Shown here: positions 23,801 to 36,500 of the stretch, in pieces
How the letters are laid out: each line of letters begins with the position of its first letter
Numbering within the stretch: the first letter of the stretch is position 1
Source of the DNA: Azolla caroliniana
Taxonomy: Eukaryota > Plantae > Polypodiophyta
NCBI GenBank assembly: GCA_043228905.1
Contig: JBHGNT010000012.1
Span: forward strand, 682,001 to 746,000
Reading direction: 5' to 3'
DNA: 64,000 bases
Notes under the pieces: model-generated
What the model was told of the DNA's origin: nothing
Database searches by the model: none
Seen by the model: the letters and a program-made list of their open reading frames with translations, nothing else
Translations under genes and position numbers: made by a program

Positions 23801-26800
23801 CCGGTGCATCATTCATCTTGTGAGCATCGATATTCATTTGAGTAACCCTTTTGATGGTTGATATAGGTTTATATAGGAGCTACGCACTTTGATATTATTA
23901 TGTATTCGTTTGATGCATGGAGCTATGGTGACATAGAAAATTCATTTATTTACAAACAAATGACAACTTCAAGATATGTGAAGCCTTTAGAGGTATAATG
24001 CTAAATTTGAGATTCTACTGAAATGTAAGCAATCTAAACATTTATTGACAAGATCCATTTAAATAATACATTGATGACATAAGCAACGTCAAACACAATA
24101 TTCAACTGAAATATAAACAATTTAAACATATATTTAAGAGATTCAAATAAACCATACATTGTTGGCATAATCAACAGTAAGCGGATGTTGTGATGCTCTT
24201 CATGACTTTGCATGGGGTTCACTATCCATATCAATATCAAATTTGTAAAAGAACTCTATTGGGAAACAATTAAAAACATTTGTAGTAATTCCAGCAATGA
24301 CAAGGGGGAAATTCCAAGCATCTCCCATCTCATGGGCAGTTTTAATGTAATGGTTGGATGTAGTCAGATTTGAGATTCTGTGAACAACATAAATATCTTG
24401 CCATAGTGTTCAATATTAGTCTATGTACACACTTTACATAGTTCATCAATATCTATCTTCTATCAGTTCTTCTATATTGTAGCCTGAATAATTCATGTGA
24501 GATATTAATATAGATCTCGTCCTTATTGTTTCTAGTCAGCATAACCCTTGGTAGAAGAATATAGATTTGTATATTTTTACATCACCTTAAAATTTCCACC
24601 ATAATGAATATTGCTATGATTATGTTTCTACCATAATGAATATTGCTACAAGTATGAGAACACAACCAAAAAAATTTAAAGACCTCAAAAGAATGACTCA
24701 AATATCATAAAAAGTGTGATGGTTTGGGGTGCTATTAACTCCAAATTTGATTATGTAGCCAATGAGAGTGAAGACAGCAGAAGCACTTGAATCTGCTCTT
24801 GGCTGGGCTTCAAGGTGGAATCCAACGGGGGCAAGTAACCTATGGAAGGCATTAACTCTAGCAACTACTCGAACATTTGCAGATTGCATATACCTTTTCA
24901 ATGAGGGAAAGACAGACAAGCCAGTCCTTGTGAGTTTCCTCGTCTTGTATCTTATTCTTCCATACTGAAAATTTAAGTGAAACTTAAGGGAAAAAAATTG
25001 CCTCAGGAAACATGGAAGCTTGTAAAAACAATTTAGGTTTTTATAAAATGGATTTGAAACTTTAATATATTTAATTATAATCAATCATTAACCATTCACC
25101 ATGGCAGATACTTGAATTTTTAAAGCAAGCTCAATCTCAAGGAGGGCATCTGGTTCCCATACATACAGTAGGCTTATGTACAAGTTCGCCTAAATCCCGT
25201 TTTTTAAAACGGATTTCAGCCGTCAGTGGTGGTAGCTTTATAGAATACGACTACAAACAAAAGGAAATTCCTCAGGAAGCTTCTTCAGATGAGGAAATGG
25301 AAGATATACTCTGGGCAAAAGCAATGGTGGAAATGGAGCAACAGAAGAGGGCTGAAGCAGGTAAGAGAGTAGACATTAAGGAGATAATGGAGAGAGTTAA
25401 AAGTCAATATGAGCCCGTGCGGATTTGTCCACGCTTGCAAGCTTATAAAGACAAACGTGAAGAACACGAAAGACTCTATCACAGCCAGGTTCAGGCCGTC
25501 AGGAATGAGAACACACAAAGGTTGTTACTTGCCAACGAATTGCATGAGCGACTAGTAGCTGAAACAAGTGAAAGAAATCATAAGAACCTGGAGGAAGCTA
25601 AGGATAAATGGAGGAATGAAGTTGAGAAAATCAGAGACAATAATAGGTTCCTGCTAGAGAGCTTTCTGAAGTGGAAACATGACATGGACGAGATTGGGAA
25701 GCAGAATGAGATATGTGTGAACAAGTCCAAAAGGCGATTTGCCTTGGACTTGAATGAGATCGATGTGAAAAATGCCTTGATCATGGAAGAAGAAAACAAG
25801 AAACAATTGTCGGAGGTGAACAGAATCAAGAAAAAGAATCACGATGCACAAAAAGAGGTGGAACAGCAGCAAAAGGAAATTAATGAGAAGATTGCATATA
25901 TTAATAGAATTCGTAAGGAAGAATATGAGGCAGCGGTAAAGGCCACCAAGGAGTCAAATGCAGCCCATCTACTAGAAACTCGTCGACTGTATGAAGAGCA
26001 TCTAGAACTTGTTAAAAGCCAAAATGCAAAGGTGGTACAAGAGGCTGAAGAGAAGTTTGCAAAATGCTGCGAAGAAGTTAGAACAGAGAATGCAAGAAAA
26101 AAGGCAGCATTAGCACAAAGACTAGAGGACATACAGAGAAGTAGAGATGAAGCCATCACTGTCCATCAGCTTAATGTAGCGAAAGCCATTGCAGATCATA
26201 CACAAAGGGTCAAAGAAATCAATGCATTGAACTTGGAGAATGAAGAGAGAGCACGATCAATTTGGAAGAAAATGACAGATGAAATCGATCATGACAATAG
26301 GGAGGCATTTGAGAAAGCAAAGAAAGCGAATGAAGACGAGCAGATGCATGTGCAAGAAGTAAATGTGAAGCTTGCTGAGAAAAGGCTGGTCTTGAAGAGA
26401 CGTATAGCAGACGTGGTCCGATCAAATGAAGGAATTGTGAGGAGAAAGAAGGTAGAGTGGATGAAAAGGTGTGAGGAGGTGGAGAAGGCATACCAGAAAG
26501 AGACTGCAAAAACAAAGGAAAATCACAAGAGACAAGTGGAAGAGGTGAAGCTGAGAAACGCCGAGAAACTTCAGGCATCACTTCTCAACCACAAAGCAAA
26601 AGTAGCTGTTGTGGAGGCATATAATGAGACAGTGAGACCATATGTTGAATCATCAAATGTGGTTCGAGCTGAGATATGTCGCATTGAGGCATTCCTTAAA
26701 TGTATTGCTGATTGTATATTGCCTCCAAATCGTCATGCCTTGGAGAAAAACCCCACACAATGTCCATTTCAATCAGACCTGGAACTGCTTGCCATGTCAG

Positions 26801-27006
26801 AGAAAACACTCGTCCCGAAGATGCTTGTCGAGGCTTTGAGAAGTGCCTATGGTAAAAACATGAGAACTGAGAATAAAGGGAGCAAGAGGACATCAAAGAG
26901 AAGATCTACCACCTTCTCTTCTCCTGAAGTAGTCTATCCTTCAGCACTTATACCTGTTCATCCACCTCGTGCCGTCTCTCACAATTGCCTTGGTAGAGAT
27001 CAATGA
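20809..27006 (+). CDS. Uncharacterised ~1300-aa protein: N-terminal region, Pro-rich repeats, vWA domain (VWA3-like, degenerate MIDAS), long periodic alpha-helix; exons 20809-21261, 21967-22077, 22159-22329(or 22335), 22711-23691, 23867-23992, 24759-24929, 25108-27006
   Basis: All introns join in phase 0 with canonical acceptors. vWA elements: PIFLIDCGAAM, FDIIMYS, ALGWASRWNPTGASNLWKAL, DCIYLFNEG, VPIHTVG, FLKRISAVSGGSF. The start codon is uncertain. Confidence 0.85.
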
Positions 27007-27184
27007 CTCTGTAGGCTCCAAGGGTAAAACTAGGAAACTTAAAATCAATGGCTGAGATTAACGTGGGATCCTTTTGTGGTTTGATCCGGTTTTGATCAGG
27101 TAGTTTGAAACTTAGCGAAATGCTACATGTATTTAGGTATGTCTTGTTTATCACGTGGAATTTACGCATACAGGTACAACACAA

Positions 27185-27421
27185 CTGGCTATGTAACTAA
27201 ATAAACTCTCAGCCATCTATTCAACTAGGAATTAAGAACTTATCTGGCTATGTAACTAAATAAACTCTCAGCCATCAATTCAACTTGGAATTAAGAACTT
27301 ATCTGGCTATGTAACTAAATAAACTCTCAGCCATCAATTCAACTTGGAATTAAGAACTTATCTGGCTATGTAACTAAATAAACTCTCAGCCATCAATTCA
27401 ACTTGGAATTAAGAACTTATC
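27185..27421. repeat. 59-bp tandem repeat x4 just downstream of the vWA gene stop
   Basis: Unit CTGGCTATGTAACTAAATAAACTCTCAGCCATCAATTCAACTTGGAATTAAGAACTTAT at 27185, 27244, 27303 and 27362. Confidence 0.95.
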
Positions 27422-30400
27422 GTGTATTTCACTTACAAAGCATTTGATTTCTTTATGTGATGCCTGGATACAGACATTGTATTTGGTGAGTGATGATAAT
27501 AGTAGATGTGAATTGATACACGTCAAGATTACAAATATGTAACCTAACAAGTTGTGCTTCCAATTGGAATTGAAGAACTTGTCATGTATTCTTCACTTAT
27601 CACATGTTTCAGCTGTTTATATGATGCTTGGATGGACGGGTTGTGTTTGATTAAAAATGATATTAGAGGAGGATTTTGGTTCACTCCTCTCTCATTTGAG
27701 AGGATAGGAGTGTTACACCTGAGTGTAGCATGTAGAATTTTAAATATGTCTATCTCATTGTTAATATATTTAGTGTAAAAGAAAGAATTACATATGAAAT
27801 GCACGGTGTGAAAATCATTGCATTTACACCTCTCTAGGAGTTTTGAACATCCTCATAAATTTGATGTAACAAATTCTTGCTAATAGATCTTAGATTCAAT
27901 GCACTCTTAAGGTTGTGGGCTCAAGTCTTAACCAGGCAGGGCAGGGCCTTTGAGATGTTGCATCTAGTTTAAATTTTCTTTATGTTTTGCCTGAGATTAA
28001 GCACACACAGGGTTTGCTCCTAAATAAAGGGTGTAAAAATCCCTTTCCACTATACAAGGGTTGAAAACAAGACAATTTCCTTAAAAGGTGATGCGCGCAA
28101 TGGCATTTTAGCGTTTTGTTTAATGAACTCAGAGGCCGTGAAAACTTAATTAATAAGAGAGAATGAATGCAAGGTTCTAAATAAATTGAGACTAACACAA
28201 GACAAAAATCTCACAGAAAAGAAAAGAACAATAAATAGCCTGCAAATTTCTCGACTCGTTTTGAAAATTTCAACCCTCACACAAAATTATGAATAAATGG
28301 AATTTACAGAAAACCATGAATGGACTGCATGATTGTTGTCGTGTAACCTTCGAAAATGGATGAATGGAACGCACGAAAAAAGCATGGATAAATTGCATGA
28401 TGCTTGTACCTGACATGAAAACCTCGCAATAGAAACTGCAAAAAAAAAAAAGTTGGGAATTGACCCTATAAGAAAAATTTAATGGAATTCGTAAACAAGG
28501 GAGAATGCAAGGTCCATGAAATACCTTCAAAAACAAGCGCAGAGAGTTGGCACACAAAACCTTAGCGGCAGAACCAGAAGAAACAATGGAAGCATTGGCA
28601 CGAACAAGGAAGAGAAATGCAGATCACAGGAACTTGCCTTAGAAAAAGAAGCCATTCAAATTCAAATTCAAATTCAAACAAACGAAAGAAAGATAAAGCA
28701 AAAAAAGAAGGCGTGCAAAGTGGTTTTCTGTGATGTTTGCCAGTGTGGAAGAAAGGGATGGATAGAAAGTGTGTTTTATTCTTTTTCCCTTGTATTAGCC
28801 CAGCGGAAAGAGAAGACAATTTTGAGTCTTCCCTTCAGGTCCTCTCCTTATACTCAAGACAATGGGGGGTGGGGCGGCCAATAGTCCTTGTCCCGCTTGA
28901 AGGGGCCAACCGAATCACCGCCTCCTAAATCTGGCTCGGAGTCAAGATTTTATGCTTTGGCTGAAGGAAGGGTGGTTTGAATCCGTGATTGAGCTAAAAC
29001 CTTATTGTAAAAACAAATAGCGTGTGGAAGCAATAAAAAACAGAGAACGAGTTTAATGGAGAGCTTAACAGTACGCGGGAGAGACAGAGAGAGCAGAGCA
29101 AGAATCTCTATTCAAAAATTATATCAACACTCTGTACATCGTATGTGTTCAGCGAACACTTTTATACAAGTCCATACGGACTAACAGAAATACGATGTAC
29201 TTCAATGCTCACTCGAGCGTCTGACACTAACTACGAGAGTAATAACTCCTTAGTAGTCTAGCTGCTACTAGGCTTCCGGTTACTGATGGATCCGGCTAAC
29301 CGGCTCACCGGCTCTTTTGCTCACCGGGTGCTCACCGGGTGCTCACCGGCTCACCGATCTGTCTCGCTCACCAGCTCAGGCTTATCCAGCCGATCCGGCT
29401 CCAATTGAGCTTGCCGCTCAACACTCCCCCTCAAGCTCAACTTGAGGTCCGGTCGTAGTGTCAACGTCTGTGGCAACCGGTCCTTCTGCCCGGCTCCTTC
29501 AGGCATCACTCCGCCTTGCTCGCGCTCCTCGTCCAGTCTGGTTCTGTTTGCCGTAACCCCTCTTGTTCTGCGCACCTCGACCTCCTCGGTTGGCTTATTT
29601 GCTCAACAGGCCCAATTCAACTCCCTCGTTGTTGTGACTTCGGCGCGTGCCAGTTCGCCAATTCCTTCGTGTTGGCATCGACTTTCGTTGCCTTCTCGTC
29701 TTCTTGGCCTTAAATTGATCTGGTTCTTCCGAATCTGTATGTTGAACCGAATTGACTGTCTCCGATTTGTTCCAACTCTTGTCTGAATCGATTGCTCCTA
29801 ATTCGTCATCTGGTTCCAGGCCCTTCACCACATCGGACCATGTCCGGGTCTTGGCCTTCTTCTTCCAGTCGGCTCTTTCCTTCTTGACTCTACCACCGTT
29901 GCCGCTTGTTCCGACTTGTTCGAATGTGTCAACGTCCTTTGTCGGCTCGGCTCCTTTCTTCTTCTTGACTCTCCCTTCGTTGGTTCTTCCCTCACCGGTA
30001 CAATCGGCAGTCTCTTTGCCTTTGCCCATTCCGGTGTCTTTGCCCGTTCTCCCCCTCAAGTGTGGCACGTCGAGATACTGAACACCAAGCATTTCGGTGA
30101 AGTGTTGCAACTTGTCTGATCCGAGTGGTTTGGTGAAGGTGTCGGCAACTTGCCGATCCATGTGAACATACCGAAGTTCGACCTCACCGCTCAGGACACG
30201 CTCATGCACGAAGTGATAATGCACTTCTATGTGCTTTGTGCGAGCATGGAATACGAGGTTCTTGGCGAGTTGCATGCTACTTATGTGACAGGAACTAAAT
30301 GCTCCCTATACGCAACGCTCGGCCTCAACCGAGCTTAGAATCATACACAGAAAGCGGGAAAGAAAACACGACACGAAGAAGAGAAGAGTACGCGGGATGT

Positions 30401-30530
30401 TTACGTGGAAAACCCCAAACTAGGGTAAAAAACCACGACAGCCCACAAGCTGCAAACTATCACTATGTTAGAATGTACAACAGTGAGTTCACAGAGGCAA
30501 CGACCTCGTGCTCACGATCTTCGCCACAGG

Positions 30531-33500
30531 TATTAGAGATTAGGTACTAAAGTAAGCATAAAATAAGGATATATCAATGATAGATCTAGAAAGAATAGAG
30601 AGAAAAGAGAGAAAGAAGGGTGTCGATCCACCCAACCACCCCCGAGCGAAGGGATCGAGACAGACTCGAGCCTCGATCGGCGTCCCATACCACCGCCTTG
30701 GCGTCGAGTCGTACCTGGATGATAGCGCGCTTGCTACAAGAGTCGTTCCACTCACGGACAGAGTCTCGACGTAGTCAATGCATGATCAAATGAGGGTAGC
30801 TAGGCCTCTTATTTATAGTAATTCTCAAGGCCCCCAGCCATGTTCACACTTGGCCTCATGGGTTGTCTCAATCCCGAGGATTAAAAGTAATCCTCCCCTT
30901 CTTTAGACTCTTTGTTTAACCCTCACACTTATCCACGTGTATAGAATACTACGACAATTCTCACCACGGGATATTATATGGTCATGCCCGTAACATACTC
31001 CCCCTCTTTAAAACATTGCACTCTTGCAATGGAAAGTTAGGAAAGTTAGTTGTTAGAGTCGTTTCGCGTTCCCATGTGGCATCTTTGATTGATTTATCCA
31101 TCCATTTTATTTTAAATTCTCGGATTTCCTTAGTACGTAATTTTTTTGTTTTAACATCAAGAATTCTTTCTGGTACATGTGGTTTAGAAGATAAATCTTC
31201 AGAAGTAACCAGAGTTTCAGTTGTAACTGTATTGTCGCCAGAACCTAGAAGTTCTTTTAGACGACTTACATAAAAGACTGGATGGATTCCAACACCATCG
31301 GGAAGAGCGAGACGATAGGCTGATGATCCAATGCGTTTGAGGACTGTAAAAGGTCCACAAAACCGTGGGGCTAACTTAGCGCACTTACCCGTAGACAATG
31401 TCTTAGAATTGTGAGGTACACGTAAAAATACCTTCTGTCCAGGGCTGAATACACGAGGTTGCCTATGATGATCGGCATAAAAACGGCTCTATCCTGAGCT
31501 GTTTTTATATTATCCCGTGCAATATGCAACATATCTTGCATATCCCGAAGAAAGTTTTGCGTACTTCGCAACTCATCATGATGTATATTAACATCAATCG
31601 GGGCTCGTGGCTGAAATCCATACATCAACATAAAAGGACTATATCCCGTCGACGTATGCTTGGAGCTGTTATAAGCAAACTCCAAAATTGGGAGGTAACG
31701 TTCCCATTTTGTTGGTTTTGCACCAACGTATGCTCGAAGCATGTCCTCAATAATTTGATTTACTCGTTCTGTCTGTCCATCGGATTGAGGATGATCCGTG
31801 GAGCTCATGCTCAACGTAGTTTCTAACTTCTTAAAGACTTGCGTCCAGAAGTCACTAGTAAACTTTGGATCTCGGTCACTCACGATATCCATCGGTAACC
31901 CGTAAAAACGAAATAACTCATCAACGAATTGGTAAGCCAATTCAGGAGCTGTTACCGTGGTTTTAGTAGCAATAAATCTGGCCATTTTAGTTAGTCTGTC
32001 AACCACAACCCATATGGCATCATGAACTTTTTGGGTGCGAGGAAGGCTAACAATAAAATCCATGGATATACTTTCCCACTTATTATTGGGAATGTCCAAG
32101 GGATGTAAAAGTCCTGCGGCTTTAAGTCGCTCGGCTTTGTTAACCTGACATTGGTGACATTTAGTCACATAGCTATGTATGTCAGGACGCATCTTAGGCC
32201 AATAAAATTGAGTGGAGATGAGAACGAGTGTACGATGTATTCCAGGGTGCCCTGCTGAGGGTGCATCATGGCATTCAAAAAGAATTCTCTTTTTGACCTC
32301 AGGCAAATCTGGAACACAAACCTTCCCATTACGGTAGAGCAGACCGTTAGCAATGTGGAAGTATTCCTTCGAGGGTGTGGTGGTGTCTGTTCCAGACTCG
32401 ACTCTTGCCCAATATTTTGCAAAATAATTGTCATCAGGATACTTTCCTCGAAGGTGATCATAAAGATCTGATGTTATTTCAGTGAAGCTAAGCATGTTAA
32501 CTTCACGGATGCGACTTAGTGCATCAGCGACAGTATTCATGGAACCTTTACGATATCGTATGGAAAAATCAAAGTCCTGGATGAGATCAGCCCATCGTGC
32601 CTTACGACCTTTCAGGTCTTGTTGGTCACAAAAATATTTCAAGGACTCGTGGTCCGTAGTTACCACAAAGCGATTTCCATAAAGATAATGGCGCCATGTT
32701 TTGAGCGCATGTATAACCGCAAATAATTCCTTTTCTTGAACGGTATACCGACATTGAGCAGAATCAAGTTTCTTACTCTCGAATGCTATTGGTTTACCAT
32801 CTTGATACAAGACATCACCTATAGCATAATCGCTTGCGTCGGTTTCAACCTCAAAAGGTTTTGAAGGATCGGGTAAAAGAAGTGAAGGAGCCTTGCATAC
32901 CAAGTCCTTGAGTTCCTTAAAGGCGAGGTCTAGTGTAGCATTCCACACAATAGGTTTTGTAGACTTACGCGTTTGACCTTTTAGAAGATCAGTAAACGGC
33001 GTCGTCAATTGTGAGTAATTACGAAGAGATTTTCGTAAAAATCCGACAAAACCAAGGAATGATCGAACTTCTCGAATATTCCGAAGAGTGGGCCAAAGCT
33101 TGATTTTCTCGATGCGAGAAGGATCAATTTCAACTCCTCGTTCGGTTATGAGATGTCCAAGATAAGTAATTGATTTCTTGAAGAACTCACATTTTGAGAT
33201 CTTCGCGTAAAATTGTTTGTCACGCAATATTTGTAAAACAAAGCGGACATGTCTAGCATGTTCTTGCAATGTACGGCTATAAACTAAAATATCATCTTAG
33301 AAGATAACGACAAATTTTCCAAGTTGTTCTCGGAAAATGTCATTCATTTCTTGTTGAAATGTAGCCGGAGCATTGGTCAAACCAAAAGGCATAACCAAAA
33401 ACTCATAATGGCCGTAGCGCGTACGAAATGCTGTTTTAGGAACATCGTCCTCACTTATTCGTATTTGATGGTAGCCAGTACGGAGATCAAGTTTCGTAAA

Positions 33501-36500
33501 ATACCGAGCTCCCTGGAGACGGTCAATTAGATCGTCAGCCCGGGGCAATGGGTACGAATTCTTGATCGTCACTTTATTCAAGCGTCGGTAATTAATACAC
33601 ATACGCCATGTGCCCTCTTTCTTTTTAACCAAGAGAACTGGTGCACCCCATGGAGATTTACTATAACGTATATAACCCATTCGTAAATAGTCCTTAAGTT
33701 GCTTAGCTACCTCATCCTCTTCAGATCGACTTAGGCGATACAGAGGTATACTAATGGGTGCAACGCCAGGTACAATATCTATACGATGGTCTATATTACG
33801 TTTAGGAGGTAAACCATCGGGTAGTTCACTCGGAAAAACATCACGAAAATCGTTTACGATTTCATCAAGTTGTTTTTGTTCAAAATATGTTAATTGACCC
33901 GAGACATTATCGATATTGTAAACGTGAATGTCCGGATCAAGTACACAATAAAATAACGTAGAACAAGACAACTCGGATATTGATGGACACGAGGAAACAA
34001 TCGAGAGGGATTGTTTTTTTACACATTGAATAAAATGCGTACAATCGTTGAGTACAAAAGAAATGGAATGGCGAACCCAATCAATAAATAAAGAAGAGCT
34101 TTTATTATAAAACCAGGGATAACCCAGTATTACATCGGTGGTACTAAGATTCATTACATGGAAGTCTACTTCCTCTATATAGGTATCAATAGAAATTCCT
34201 AAAGAATGAATCGCCCCGTTGATGTGTTGTACTCTTCCATCAGCCAAGTGCACCGTGTAGGTGTGATCACTTACGGTGGGTTGGATTCCCCATATCTGTA
34301 CCAAACGATCATTCACAAAATTGTGTGAGCTTCCCGAATCAAATAAAAATTGTACGGGAGATCCATTGATATACCCGTTTGCACGTAGTAAATCATTGGG
34401 ACCCAATACATAATGAGGGAAAGAACATTGACAATTACTCAAATGATGTGTATAGACCTGAAGGACATTAGGAATCTGACCTTTATGGTCTGTAGCTTTA
34501 GGTTTGGCGTCGTGCTCTTTTCGTTGGAGCTTACGACATTGCTCTTTTGTATGACCCTTCTTTTTGCAGAATACGCAAAAAGGATGTTGTCGCTTATAAT
34601 CGCGATCCATGAATTCGTTGGGTGTCTTGCGTTTCCCAACGAATTGCGACTGCTTAGTCCCGGGCGCTTCGTTGGGTTTGTTATGGTCCTTCTTCGAAGT
34701 GCGTTGATAGCGAAGAACTATCTCAACGGCCTCTTCGAAGGATTTTGGATCCTTATCGTGCACTATCCAGTGATAGTCCGAATTGGGGATGCCATTGACA
34801 AAACAAGCTATTAACCAATTGTCCCCTTCTAGACCCGATTTTTGGATTTGGGTTCTAGCATGGTGGACAAGTCTTCTAGCGAGGAAAACTTCCTGCTAGA
34901 GAGGTTCATTAAAGCTTGTGCTGCCTCGGTTCGAGAGGGAGGTTGTAGAAATTGACCCTTGAAAACTGTGACAAAGTCTGTCCAGGTCTCGGGCAATCTC
35001 CCCAAAGTTCGGAGCCCACGCCACCAAGCGGCGGCCTTACCCCCTAGTTCTCGGCCGACATATGCAATCTTCGTACTATCTGGCGTGGGATAGAGCTCAA
35101 AATGAGACTCCCATCGGCCCAGCCACGTGCAGATTGCTTCTTCGGTTCTTTCCTTTTTATCTCCCGTAAATGGCTTTACGACAAATGATGGTTCACCCTG
35201 ACGCTCATCAGGTCTATTAATCTCATTTTGGAGACTAATGACTCGTGCCTCGAGAGCACTTTGAGATTGCCGAAATTCGGTCAACTGCTGCGCGGTTGAA
35301 CTTAGGAAATGTTGTACTTGTAAAATATACGCCTCAATGGACATTGGCCCAGGAGGATTTCCTTGAGTTCTTTCCGCTTGAGCGGAGGGCATCGGGTCGT
35401 TATTCTGAGCCATTGAATGATTATTTCTGGCAAAGAAATAAGATAAGGTCAGACAAATAGTCATAACATCTTGTCGTGGTGTAAACATATCATGGGCAAA
35501 CATTAATCGATATCATGATCTCACGTCAATACCCCTCTAGACGTATGAGATGAGGTTCAAGATCAGGTTACTATGGTAACACAGAGGTGTTTTAAAAACC
35601 ATGGGGGTGACAAATGAATGCCTTTCCCTGATCTCTATATCGATTTTTTTCATGGCGGCTCCCCGAGGCTCAACCATGTATGTTCGCGTCATGAATAGTT
35701 TATACACGAAAAAAATGTTAACAATAACTATGTTTCTGTGCCCACATATGTGGTTTCGGCTCTTTAAGTCCTATTACGAGGACCCCGAAGTGCACTTAGA
35801 CCTAAAGTCTAAACATGTATTATAGTCATATGTATCAACGATGTTATATGGTCTTGGTCATATTTGAACTCGAGACCTCGAGAACAAATGCATTAAACAT
35901 TTGAGCCAACCAAGTAGATTGCGCATCTTGAATGTTTAATGTTTGAGGCGTATTCGAGATATGCGAGGCATTTGCCCCTATATGTTTTTTGTTTAAAAGA
36001 AACATATAGGTCAAGTGGCCTTATTTCTCCCTCATTTATTACCCACTATGGTTGTACGCTACCTAACCTCAAGCCTCGTAATTACGATGGCATATGCCAA
36101 AGTGTAACCTAATGGTCAAGCCGAATGAGCCCTTGTGTCTTCGTAGGCTCATGTGGCCCATCACATGGTCACGTCATTACGAATGCCACTCGTAAGAACG
36201 AGCTCATGGTGGCATCGTATCCATGTAACGAGGGGAGATGTTGGATACGTGTGTCATTAGAGCGACCCTACTTGATGTGGATCAAGCCGGACGTATTCAA
36301 CATCATTTTGGCTATACGAGGTTCGTTACGTAACGAAATATCAAAGTGACCAACGGGAATTTCAACAATAAAAATTGTTGATAAAAGGGATGGTGACAAC
36401 GCCATTCTCACAAAAATGTGAGGACGGCCACCAAAATCCTCTCCCCAATTAGGAAAACATTTGATATGAATCACGTAATCTAAAATATACACATATGTCA

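Noticed and set aside
25297-27006. Stand-alone 569-aa myosin/trichohyalin-like gene
   Set aside because: The frame is open upstream to a splice acceptor at 25107 and completes the vWA domain, so it is the last exon of the larger gene.
27185-27421. CRISPR-like appearance of short periodic repeats (also 37852-38010 and 55964-56518)
   Set aside because: The units are head-to-tail with no unique spacers, there are no cas genes, and the context is eukaryotic.
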